Shown here piece by piece: positions 1 to 12,800 of a stretch of DNA of 64,000 nucleotides. Source of the stretch: Phoronis australis (lineage: Eukaryota > Animalia > Phoronida); contig NMRA01000099.1 in the NCBI GenBank assembly GCA_002633005.1, positions 381,086 through 445,085 of the forward strand, in the 5' to 3' direction. Numbering within the stretch: position 1 is the first letter of the stretch; the number at the start of each line of letters is the position of its first letter. The notes under the pieces were generated by a model. It saw nothing but the letters and a program-made list of their open reading frames with translations. It made no database searches and had not been told where the DNA came from. Both the position numbers and the translations under genes were made by a program.

Positions 1-394
1 TGATTCATCACTATTTACCCAGGCACAATTCTGTGCATCAGAGGGACATTTTCTACTTTGGTGTAATGCTTGTCACTGTTTCACGCCAAGATTAGTCGGT
101 CATTCATCTTTCTGATGTCAATGAAGTTTTGTTGTTGCATAATGAGTTATAAAGCAGTCATCTGAACATTTGAAAAAACTTATGTGATGAAACGTTAGTC
201 ACTTGTATGACTCAGAAGTGTGTTAGCAGCTCTATATTTCCAAAACTGGTCCAATTTGACAATGACTTTCCTTCTCCCGCAAAAGAAGAAAGAGGATTTC
301 AGGATGCGGAAATTTTGTGTTTATTGTTAAGCGCTGTGTAATGAAGGTCATTCTAGAGCTACAATAATCACAAGAAATAATGTTTATTTACCAG

Positions 395-667
395 GCAAAG
401 AAACATTTCCAACTGAGCCAGACACGCGTCCTGCTCTCACAGTCACCATCACCCCTCCATCGCCCCCACCCCAAACGAAGGCACAACAGGAGCTTGTGCC
501 AGGTGTATCAGCTAATCAGACCAGACAAAAGACGGAGACACAGAGGGCGCTGCAACAGCATATCTTGAAGCAACAGCAAAGATCTCAACTGCCTGCTACT
601 GTGAGCCCAGTGTCGTCTGCTAATGGCATGCAGAGGTCATTCACAGTAACAACACGACCTGTTGCAG
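395..667 (+). CDS. Internal coding exon of an upstream gene with a low-complexity P/T/Q/S-rich C-terminus (candidate Mnt)
   Basis: Acceptor tttaccag|395 and donor GCAG|GTGGG after 667. The open frame reads KETFPTEPDTRPALTVTITPPSPPP...TTRPVA, and its phase-1 end fits the exon at 2356. Confidence 0.75.
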
Positions 668-1820
668 GTGGGTTTATTTTGGTAGTCCAGTAAAAATATC
701 AAAATAACTGCGCCATGTTGAAATTCACTATCATGCCAGGCGGCGATGAGGTCTTTGGTAGACAGGCGTTCTGCACCACCTACAGATCCCATGTAATGCA
801 GACAAGACTGGTATAAAAAACAGTCCAACACCTTTCATGCTATCATAATGCCGGCAAATTTCCACTATTGTGCAATGTACTTAAGTCTTTTGTAAAAAAG
901 GCAAACTTTTTGAAATATCAATGGATAAACAAGGACATCATGTTACATACATTTTCCACTGTAAAGAAGTTTGTGACAAAGCCAGTAGCTGCTATCCCAG
1001 CTGGTGTCAAAAAGCTAAAAATAAATTAATGAACTTAAATAAAATAATGAAACAATGAAAGGACTGGCAATGGAATTTATTCCTTTACTTTTAAATTAAT
1101 GAAAACTTTGTTGTAATTGAATTTCTGTCCTCCAAATCTTAGTCGAGATCAAGCGGAAGTTACTTCAGTGCTCTCGCTACTCTAGAGCTCGGCAATATGA
1201 AAAGTGCCCTATTATCACAAGACAGGGATCAGGATTAGTTTTATATTTCTTATAGAGATACATATTCTCAGCTGGTTATTTTCCTTGTAGTCGAAACAAC
1301 CAATATCATAATAGACTTTCTCAGTCTAATACACTGGTCACTTATGTTGCGATCAGAAGTCAGGTTGAACATTTAATCCGAATTACTTCTTTACATGTGA
1401 ACGCTTGTCAGGCGTCTCATCTGTCTTCTTGTCATCCAATCATGAACCAGTGTGAGGCACCTGATTTGAGGTTAAGCTCTGTTCACCCTATGTGATAGTA
1501 TGTGATTGGCGAGGATATTAGAGTTTTCACATTTTGTTCAATACTGGTGAGACAACAAATAAGATTCCTTTGTGAACACTTGTTTTAATCGTCTGATCTG
1601 CCTTCTCATTGTCTGAATTCTGTATAAGCCTTACATTTGTTATCTAGAAAGTTCCAAATGTGGCATTCTGTGTCTACAAATATTTCCTGCTCTGAGTGGC
1701 ATATTTTTATTGACTTATTCAAATACTGCAAAAATTAAAAATTCTTTGAAATTCTTATTTTAGGAATACAATGAATTATTGTATTCTAATGTGTTGTCAG
1801 CAGTTTTTATCATTTAAATT

Positions 1821-2302
1821 AGGTTTTGTACGACCGTATCAACTTGTCGTGTTGCCAAATATCTGACTTCTTAAAAGTACATATTTTCTGAAAGTAGAAA
1901 GCCTGTACAATTTAAGTTTTGACTTAACACCAATCTAACATTAGTTGGATCACGTGACTATGTGTTTTAGTAAAATTTAACAAAAACGATACTAAAGTTA
2001 CATCCATAGCAAAACATCATTATTAATAACATTACCAAATTTTGTTTGATATAAATGTAGAAAATGAAATCTCAAAAATGTTGTTACAGTTTCTAGATTA
2101 TCATTTTGTTTTATCTGAAAAAATCACGAAAGTCGTATTTTTGATAGCCTCTCATGCAAAAGTGGAAATTTTTAAAAACAATTCCTAACTATGCACGAAG
2201 TATGATGTCCGAAAGTTTAATATGAATCCGATCAACCATTTCTGAAATATGGTGTTCCAAAGTTTGCCAAATTTGGACATTTTCAGATGGTCCTACGTAA
2301 CG
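1821..2302. mobile_element. Non-autonomous DNA transposon (MITE), Kolobok-like
   Basis: Imperfect TIRs AGGTTTTGTACGACC / GGTCCTACGTAACG with TTAA at 2303-2306. The 3' part resembles 4013-4106. Confidence 0.5.
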
Positions 2303-2355
2303 TTAAGCACCATTTTTAACATTTATTCAAGAACACGTTCTGTTTTCCCTTTCAG

Positions 2356-3329
2356 GATCCAAGTTTATCCAACAGACCATGAAGTTTGACAACCTAGGTC
2401 CAGTCATCAAGAAGATCACGCACCTCCAACCCACCCCGAATACTCGTGAGGCACCTGTCACAAGTGCCTCCCAGATTACCCTTGTCAACAAAGTGCTACA
2501 TAAGGCTATCACCTCACCTGTTCAGGTGATTCATCGAAGCCCCCTGCCTGGACAGCAGCCTCGTGCAAACTTCAGTTCCTCTCAACTTATAGGTAACCCG
2601 CCTGTGTCACGCGCGGTACAACCAACGACATTCACCTCAGCTGGTGGTGCAGCGGTGACCACATCTGTGGCTACTGTCAGCTTGAACCAGATACAAGGGT
2701 TGAGAGTAGTGACCTCTGGTGGTCAAGGTATAACTCCTCGTTTAGTCTCTGCAACGAGTCATTTGCCCACGCTTCAAATGATGGCTGGCGTCAGTTTACA
2801 GCCTCGGGTTGTGGCCCCGAGTGCCTCCCAGGCAGCCTACACTCAATATCCGACCCTATCGTTCCATCCACTCAGCGCATCCTCTACGTCAGTTACCAGT
2901 GCTTCCACACTTGGCTCACAGCCAAGGACCGGAGTTCCCACGAGCACACCTCAAGCTGTGGCTGCACTGTTGTCAGCTGCGGGGGCGCTGCAGACTCCAG
3001 TAACGACCAATCAACTTCATTCTGTTGTGACGCCTGTATCGTGGAATCCTATTACCGTGTCAGGTGTGAACACCATGCGTCAGCAACATTTCATCAATCC
3101 ACAAATCATCAGTGGAAACTTTCATCGTGTGTTGTCTCCTGGAACGACATTGATTGGACAGCCTAAGCAGCCAATCATACTCCAGAGTGCCCAACATAGC
3201 ATGACCTTGAGGCCTGCATCATCCAATCAAGTTTTGGGAACAGCAATCATGAAGGCACCAGGTGACAATTGTCAGCCAATCAGAGCGAAGGTTGAATCTA
3301 ATGCATCATCAGCTGAACCCACTAAGTAG
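2356..3329 (+). CDS. Terminal coding exon (about 324 aa, S/T/P/Q/A-rich, likely disordered) of the same gene
   Basis: Strong acceptor ttttccctttcag|2356. G+GA joins in frame to the 316-aa ORF 2379-3329 ending in TAG, followed by T-rich 3'UTR-like sequence. Confidence 0.8.
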
Positions 3330-3765
3330 AATTATTTGGGTTTAAATGACAGCAACTTGTCTTTCATAAATACTAAAATTGGTTGTCAATTGTCTGTGGC
3401 AGTTTTTACTTAATTCTGCTTTCGGCATGTTCTTTATAGGATTGTGTACTATCCAAGCTTTCTCAATTTTGCTATGTTTTTGTTCATAAAATTTGACTAA
3501 TGCGCTTTTTGATATTTTTCTTGTGGTCCAGCTGTTGATTACAGAAACAATTGGTCTTTCTCCATGCATTAGTGAGCAGTTTGTGCTTTATAAGTTGGTG
3601 GTCTTGGAATGACGTTACTTATAGAACGACTGCTAGTCAGCTGTCGAACTTGTCTTCCCAAGCCATAAGATTTGATTTCAGCAGTTAGCAAGTGACCCTT
3701 TGAGTTTTGTTGTATTAAATCAAAAGGTGAGTTACCTCATGCCTCACACAGTAATTCTCAGCATA

Positions 3766-4106
3766 AGGTTATATAAAGGACCTTATCAACCAATATCTAT
3801 AAAATTTAATATCTAATGGGAAAACTATTTCTGCCATTAATTGGGTCGCATGATCGTGTCTTTTTAGTAAAATTTGGCAATGAAAGAAACTGTACACTCG
3901 TAGCAATACAATGGTATCAGTGACGTCAAATTTCGTTTGATAATGAAAGTGTACCATATAAAAACAATAATTCCTACCGGCATTTTGGGTAAAGTGCATA
4001 AACCAGAGTATCAGAAAGTTTCGTATGAATTCGATTGACCGTTTCCGAGGTATATCGTTTCAAAATTAGCCATATTTGGACAGTTTTCTAGGGTTCTTAT
4101 ACAACA
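3766..4106. mobile_element. Second diverged copy of the same MITE family, in the putative 3'UTR
   Basis: Termini AGGTTATATAAAGGACC / GGTTCTTATACAACA plus TTAA. Shares the gaaagttt..tatgaat..cgat...atttggaca block with 2211-2290. Confidence 0.45.
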
Positions 4107-4564
4107 TTAAGCCTCTGCAAAAAACTGAATTTTTCTCTGGTTGTCTTTGACAACTTCGCGACTTCCTCAAAGACTGAAAAGTTGATTCCTTATCCGAGTC
4201 CCATGTGTTGCTAATTACATACAATCAAAATCATAGACTTCAAACTGGGTGGTAAAATTTTCCGTCAAACTCTGTTCTCCCCAGGATTTTAATCAAGTGT
4301 GGTTAGGAATGCTTACTTGACATAATAAAAAAATCCAAAAAGGTATTGACTCCAACAAAACGAAACGAAACAATGGTTTTCAAAAATGTCTGGGGGGGCT
4401 TGAAGATGATCATGTATACTACATTTTGAGACTACTGGTCATACTGTGCCAATAGTCTAGAATATCCATAACATCAAGCATACGCAGCTGTCACCTTGGT
4501 CTAGAAAAATTTATCTTTTCATGTACATTCCATCGAAGTTGTGTGCATTCAAGCTGGAGACTAT

Positions 4565-4792
4565 GGGTAAGTTCCAAGAAACCAACTTAAGATCATTTTT
4601 GACCCAAGTCTAAGATTTGTCTCAGTCTCCAAACTTCCACATCCATTTGTTCCGTCCAACATAAGACAAAATTTGAATCAAAAACTTAAATTTATATCAA
4701 ACTTAAGATCACTCTCTTGGAACTTAATTTTTATCTTAAAATTGTCATGAGTTTAAGATTTGTTGCCAAGTCAGTTTTCTTGGAATGGGCCC
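4565..4792. mobile_element. MITE with imperfect TIRs
   Basis: GGGTAAGTTCCAAGAAA at the left end, TTTTCTTGGAATGGGCCC at the right end, and internal TAAGAT(C/T) repeats. Confidence 0.45.
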
Positions 4793-7326
4793 TAGATATT
4801 TGATTTCTTGTATATAATAGTTGAAATTATTATCATGATAATGACTAAGACAATGATTTGTGCTTAGTGTTATTACATTTAGAATCCTGCTGTTAAAGCC
4901 CTGCATAGTTTATTGAAATTTCTATGAATATTCTGTTGCACTGGAAGTGTGCTCAGATGGAATCATTTAGAAAACGTTGGTTTTCAACAGCAAAATACTT
5001 AGTGTATTTTATTAGATTGATCATTACTAATAAAGACTATGAATGAGTAAATAAACCAAAAAGTTGTTAAATCTTTTATTTAATTTGTTGAAATTCTGTA
5101 TTCCTTAGGCAGTGTTTTTGTCTTGTGTTTTCTTCCTGCTGTGAAATGAGTTCTGGAATATTTTGGTTTAGCTCTGCCAACTTTGGTTTCATAAACTGTT
5201 TTGGCACACCTCAATAGATGGCTCTGTAAATTATATATTAGTGTTTAGTGACAGTAACTGTGATGTAGACTGACTTTCTTAGGTATGAGTTAGCTTGTGA
5301 TTTGCTTTAGAACAAAAGATGGTGTCCGCCTTCAGGGGCTTAATGTCAAAATCAGAATGGTTGTATCAAAATTTGTTACAGATTTTTTATTTCTAGTTAT
5401 GCTATTCACTAACTTGTTTTTGATATGTAGAATCTTGTGTATATGTGAAATGTGTGGCAAGAAATATTTGTAGCTGCACTGAATGTTATATGGAGAATGT
5501 TTTTGTTAATGTCGTAATGGTGCAATATAAGGTTATCCGACATGTCTAAGAATTAATGAGCAAGTGACGATTAAAATTAATATGTTGACATGACTCATGA
5601 GTACATGGATAGGGAAAATTTACTGGGTTAAAAACCTTTACTTGTGAGTTGAGTGTGAAATGTATTAAAGTGAGTATTTATTAGTTTAATATTGTCTGGC
5701 ACTGTTCTTCACTGTCAAAAATTGCGGACTCCATTTCTGCCCAGGTTTACTATGTTGGATGCTAGACTCTATCTTCCAAGAAAACAGGATTACTTAACTA
5801 TTTCTTCTCCCTGATGGTGCACTTTTTGTAACGCCTTGTCAAATTTCTTGAGTTTGAGTCACAATATGAGTCACTAGTGGAAATTCTTTCAGTGAAACTT
5901 TTCAACAAAAATTGTACCACCAGCTGTCACCAAACGGTATTTGGTAAAAGTTTGGTGAACGTTGTGTTGTAAGGTTGGAAGCATTTGTCAGAAAAGAATA
6001 ATATGCTCATTTTAGTGGTTGCTTAGTGTCTCAAGTAGTAGAATTTTTGCCATAGTTGCAGTAGCCAAGTTTTGGAATTGAAACTGACGCAGTGCATTTT
6101 CTGCAGCTATAGACCAATAACTGAATGTTGCATGGCAGTACCTGTTGTTGGTATTCTGTGCCAACCAATTACTGGTGTTTCACAGTGATGTGCAGTCAGT
6201 GAAGAAATTGCCTAAGCCATACTACTAGGGATACATTATTTTTTTCAAAACTGGCGACTAAATTGAATTCGAGAAGGTGAAGGTTTTATAGATAGCGTAA
6301 GGGGTGATTGGCTGTCAACAGCTGTGGCCAACACGTTTTTAGAATGACTTGTAAAGGATGAGAAACTTGAATACTGTATCAGTTCTTCCCCTGTTGAATT
6401 ACTCGAAAAGAATGCAGAAACTATTAGTTATTCTTCACCTATTTTGCGTTCAACATCAGGACAATTTGAATTTTACTTTGTAAAAATTTCTCAACAAAAA
6501 TGGAGATTAAGGGAGCGTTAGTCTGTTGTTGGCTTGTTTTGCGTTGCGTGGATGCCACAAAACAACAGTAGGCAGTAGATTAAAATTTCATTGTTTTTCC
6601 TTTGAAACATAGAAAAATGTCATTTATTTTTGCACGCAATACGTGAAGAACTACCCTAGTTATCGGCATGCAATAACTATTTGAAATGTGCATGAATATG
6701 TCAATCTCAGTATGGCGTGGGAGATATGTTGTGAACATGCCAAGTCCAGTCAGGTCGCCATCTGTTGGCCACATAGTTTGAACTGGTCCGATTTTGCCGA
6801 TTACGTCTTACCAAGTGCTTGTTCTCGTTATTAAATGTAGTGTCGACTTGTAAGGCAGCATACTATTCATGTGTCATGAACGTTTTGTAAATTATAATTG
6901 TAAGCATGATAAAAATACCTGTACCGTAACTACACGTTTTGTTTTTTAGGAATGTAGTGAAGTCTACTTTAACTGAACTGTGGGGAGTCTTTTTCTACAT
7001 TCTACGGTCACTTTTGTTGATACGTGAGGGAAACCCCTTGCTTGTAACTGCTCTGTTTGTAAATACTTTATTCTGAAATGAGGTGAACTGAGGTGAGTTT
7101 TGATTTTATTTCAATTGGTTACGTTATAACATTTCTGGAAGAGGTAAAACAGAACACCATTATTTTTCTAGCCTCTTGCATTTACAGGTGTGTGTACTTA
7201 TGAGCTTGAAACTGAAATGGTTTGCTAAATGTAAGTTGAAGAGTAACTAGCGAACATCTCCAACGTAGGTGGCGGTCAACACTGCTTGCTCATAAAAAAC
7301 TTCAGAGACTACATTTAAAACTAGAC

Positions 7327-7332
7327 TTTATT
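7327..7332 (-). terminator. Candidate polyadenylation signal (AATAAA) of SGSM
   Basis: TTTATT on the plus strand, at the switch from T-rich to A-rich composition, about 2.4 kb past the SGSM stop. Confidence 0.4.
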
Positions 7333-9738
7333 AACATAGACAACATACGAACTATTAGGCAGCCTCTATTTTACATAATTAATAAACAATTAATAAACTG
7401 TCTAGTGAATGTTCGTATTCAGGGAACAAGGGCAAGACTCTCATGGTCTTATATTTGTTTGCAATAAATGCTCACAATATCCAATGTACACAGAATTTGA
7501 AATGTCAGTGTTTTTATTGCCCCAGTGGACAGAGGTGATAATTAAAAACACTGACATTTATTACATTTCTGCATTCAAGAGGGGATGCTACCAAGGTACT
7601 CTGATAAATAAATGCACATTCAGACTGCATCACGATGTACCTGGCTTACAACATTCGCTTGCTTATCAAGTTCCTTTTCACAACTGTTCCATGCAGCACT
7701 CGATTTGGCTAAAACTGTTTTTTAAAAAAAAGTACCACCCGGTTTGTTGTGATGAGGTTTGACTGCACATTGGATATCGCGAATGAGCAACTGAAGAGAA
7801 CAGAACAAACTAACCAAAACTAGATTCAACTACAGACATGTCATGCAATTTAAAATATGTAATACACAAACGTAACAATTAAAAAATAAAAATAAACTTC
7901 TTGATTGCACATGAACTGTTGGCAACGAACTGCTTCTCTGATAACATAAGTTAATATAATTAAATTAAAAACAGTACTCTAGACGTCCATTAAACATAAT
8001 AGCATGATGCTGGAAAAAGTTTTACAATCGTACGTTTGTAATAAAAATGTTCAAACCAAATAAACCTGCAAGAAAATAACAGTTGAATTGCACAATCAGT
8101 TAAGCTAAATAAAATGTACTATGGGTTATATTGCTGTGAACTCAGTAATGTGTGGGAGACGAAACGAACGTATTGTAACATAGACTATTATTGCACAAAA
8201 ATACAAAATATCAAGAATATATAAAGGATTTATAAAGAAGCAATACTGACAGAAAATGCCAACAACACTTTCAGTCATCCAACCAGTTGCTTGTCAATAA
8301 TTTTGAATGTATTATTTGATATGGAATTAGTGTGATACAGTATTTGTAGGTACTGTAGTTTCATCAAATTCGAACAAAAATAATAACCAGGTTTGTCATT
8401 TTTTCATTTTTCAAATGTTCTGGGGTATTACCAAAACTATTAATTCTTGATGACAGCCATACCATATAAAGTTTTCAAATAATCAAGTAAATTGTCTTCT
8501 CATTTACTCCTGTTGAAAATTATGATAAAACAATATTTCATTCCTCTGCCATTTTGTGTTCAAATTTGAAGATACTTCACTGTTAGCAATTGACCTATCA
8601 CAAGCTCTGCCCCTTGCGTAATGTCGACTAACAAACAATAAGTTTTACTCGGCAACGGGTTGTTTGTCGGGTAAAATGTTGGCTTGCAAACGAAGGAGTG
8701 TTAAGAATGATGAGTTCTAAATGGTCAGTTAAACCGTTACTGCACAAGCCCAACCTTAATAGTCTTGAAATGCATTGGCAGTGCTCACAAACATATCACA
8801 GACAATCAAGCGCTTAATTACACTACAGCAACTCTGGTTAATGATCCGTGAATAAGAATGAATCAACATCAACAGATAATGCACAGCGTCACATCAGTGG
8901 CATATCGACAAGACATGACAGAACAACAGTTATAACTAAAATATATAATTAGGTGACAAATAATGGATAATTACGCAATAGCACTTTCGTATAATTTTAC
9001 AATGACATATTAGCACTTTTCATGTCATTCGATAATTACACATTCAGTAACCTTTTCCTGTTATTCGATAATTACACATCTTTTACACTTAGTACGACTG
9101 CACTTGATTGTTGATAACATGCGCTCCCTCAGTATATATACAACTGTTTCAAGTAACTTTTGATTCACTCCCTCACTTCATGGAACTTTAGATACAATCC
9201 TTTTGTTGCAGGAGATCCTACAATCAGACTGGTCTCACACGATTCAGCTACCTGAAACAGTGACCGAGTTGAAACAACTAACACTGGAGACCAATAAGAA
9301 AATAGTCCGGAAATACTGTGATGTTCATGCTTTACTACAAATGTTGTTTTGTAAAACCGAGTTTTCCTATTTTTTTGAAGAAAGGTCTTCATTCCCAGTG
9401 AGACAAAAATTCAAAAGCTTCCCCAAAATATTTTGATGTATTACACAAGTTCGTACACCGCCTTATAATCATACCTAGATATACTAATTAAAGCACATTT
9501 GGAGCCTGCAGGCCATGTGTGTAATATATCAAAACACCGCAACAATGTTTGTTGTCTTTGCTATGAGTTTTTACACTCGTCTGTATTATCAGACAAAGGT
9601 CATAACTAAAATAAACACAACATAACCAGTCTATCTAAATTGCCTGTAGCTAAGACTGGTCTTCTTTTCATAAGCACCGAAGCAGGTCTTTTAACAGATC
9701 GTGAAAATCACACCTTGTTATCAATCAGATCTCGACAA

Positions 9739-9830
9739 TCACTCCTTGTTATCAATCAGATCTTGAAGCCTGTACACCAAGTCTCGTGAAATCTGCAGAA
9801 CTTTGGGAGCGTTGTGATGTTCTGCCATTT
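9739..9830 (-). CDS. SGSM1: SGSM last coding exon ([30 protein letters not shown])
   Basis: Acceptor cag|9830, TGA at 9741-9739, conserved SGSM C-terminus. Confidence 0.9.
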
Positions 9831-12800
9831 CTGTAACGAGCAAAATTATCAGTTAAGTGCAAGTCTACACTAAATAGACTAAGTGCTAATAACTGCTAAA
9901 CAATATGTTTTAGTATTCATAACAAGAATATAGAATATTGGATAACAAAATAAAATAAATGATGTGGCCAACCAAACGCCATTTTCAACACCGCCATGAC
10001 ATCATCAACTACACCCTTGTCACAAAATGTTGATAACTGAGATGTTGGACAGTGCTTGGCCCACTTGTATAGTGATTTAATGGAATGAGATTTCCCGTTG
10101 TTGTTTTTTTTTGCAAATTCTCTGCGATCACCACGTCATCAAATTGGTCACTGCTGTGCAGTGGAAAATTCAAAATAAATGGCCAATGTCTCAAGATGTT
10201 CGTGAATGAAAGAAATTGCGATTCGTCCCCTGTCAATTCTTCCCAGAAGTAGTAATGGGGACAAAAGGAAGATGCTTTCGTTCTCTTGCTTTCCACCTGC
10301 ACAGACCATTTGATAGAGTTCGTATAAACAAGGCAGCAGACGCAATCAATTGTGTACAGGGTGACCATGAGCCAATAAAAAATTTAATTAATCCTACATA
10401 CATTCAACTATTTGTTTAGATTCCGTAGACTTGAGGTTCGGTCTACGGCTGATCAGTCAGCAAAGTTTTAGTCAATTTGCATCAAATTATTTCTTTCCAA
10501 ACCCAATTAGAATGATTTAAATCTAGATATTTTTTAATAGATATCTATACCTGTGATAATGTATATCAATAAAATATGATCAATTTCATATTCCATTATC
10601 GTTTCAGCAGTGACCAACAGATGGCACATGAAAACAGAGCTAGAAATGTTTTCCAAAATTGTTTTCTAGGTAACTTCATAGCAGAGTGGTCACAATTATA
10701 CACCAAATTTTACACTCGATAAGACATTACCATTAAAGAACTTGATGATATCAGTAAAATCCATGTTGTTGTCGAGGATAATGTCGCGATAATACTCGAC
10801 CAATGCCAGGGCGATGAACAAGACAAAGTTAGCAGACGACACATGCTTGGCAGCCCAGATTGTCTCCCACACAGAGTACACGTCTTCGTAGACCAACTCT
10901 GCGCAAGACAGGAAATGGGTTATTTACATCATAAAACTGGGTAAATGTTTATAATACTAAGCGCTACATTGAAATACTGTAAAAATTCTTCAATTTGGGA
11001 CAATTCCAAATGGCTGCTAAGATCACGGCAAATGTTCAAAGTTATAGCTATATCATACAAAATGTTTTCACAGTAAAGTAAGATTTACACTAAAAAACGG
11101 TTTTGTAAAATTTTCCAGAATGAACTTCTACATGTCTGCCATATTGTGCACTAACTTGAATTCTTACCATAGTTATTGTTTATTATTTAAATTCTGCTAT
11201 GTACTGCCTAGTGACTACCATCATGAACAATAAATACAAAAACGACAATAGACAATTGAAACCAGACATCAGTTAAACAGACAGGTAAACATCACTGACA
11301 AAACATCTCCAAAGAACACAAGTACTGAAAAAAAAATTCAACAGGAGATACAACTTTTTGAAAAACACGTCGAACTACATTATTTTTGAGTTGGAATACT
11401 GGCACCAAGAAATTGGCAAAAAAGGCAAATATAAGTGCCGGAGGTGCTTCGCTTGTTAATTAACTCGGGAGTAACAGTCGACATTGCTATTTCTGTTAAT
11501 TAGGAGATATAAATCCATGAGCCCTTCTTGATGAAAAAGTATTGATAACCTTTGTCAATATTTAACAACGAATGCCAGATAAGAACAGACCTCGTTTGAA
11601 GTCCAGTAGGAACCAACGATAACAGAAGTAGAAGTGAGTGTAGTCGCCATGGTGATGCATGTGTTCAAACAACTCCACGTCCAGAATCTGCAGGTGTAGA
11701 GAATGAACGAATGTAACTGATGCAATTACAGTATGTAATAAGTACAAAACACTACTGCTAGAAATTTAGTGGTCTATGAAGTCTCGTATCTTCGCGACAA
11801 ATGTGTTCGTCTTAATTATACCTGCTGTGTTGAACAAAATGCGTTTCCACCGTCTCGTAGATTATCCATGCATCTCCAGAATGCAAAAATATTTTTTCTC
11901 ACCTGTATCAACGATCTCATGTTGGCAAAGTGCACGTCCATGGCCCCGCCGTGGGGGAAGTTGGCCGTCATTCTTTTCATCAACTCACAGAAACAGCTGT
12001 ATGTCATTGCCTCTGAAACAGTCAGTGAGAAAACTTAAATCCACTAGGTGGAGCTAGTGAAGCAAGTGTCCACCCAGTATATATGACTACTATACAAACA
12101 CTCATATGGGTCCCATATCCCATTACACAGCCATACAGTACTTCACATCTCATTCATAAAAAGAGGATGGTTCCTCCTCAGCACCACCTAGTGAGTATAC
12201 AGTGTAACACTGATGAGTTGTGCCACTTCCTCCATTCACACTCAATATCTGGTTATAAATGCAGAAATGCAAAACAAGCTGATTAAAAAATGAAAATGAT
12301 TACACGTTTTGCAGAATAGTACACCGGTCATGCAAATTAGAAAAATTTTGTTCAAAATAACTGAACTGATGACTTCAATAGCACAAAGTGTAAAGAAAAA
12401 CTGTAATTCACAGAAAGAGCAGAGCATTACATGTCTGCAAGTGTCCATAAAATGACGCGTAGTTATGGAGAAGGTAACTCACCATCATCAAATATGACAA
12501 GTAATGGGGCCAGGAGATCACACATTCCTTGGATGTAGCCAATGTTAAGATTCTCCCAGACGTATCTACAATGAAAACAACATGGTGAATGGCAGACCAC
12601 TATCATCAACAGGTATAATTAAATTCACCATATGCGAGCACAAGGGCACACAACAATTTTTAAGCCAAAATGATGGAAATCTAGCTGCATGGTAAAAGGT
12701 AATGAGTGGAAATTCATTTTTTAAAATGCAGAGCTGTCAGTACTTTTGTGTTAAATAAATTACTGTAATTCGAACGGTTGGTCAAACCTGTCAAAACTGA

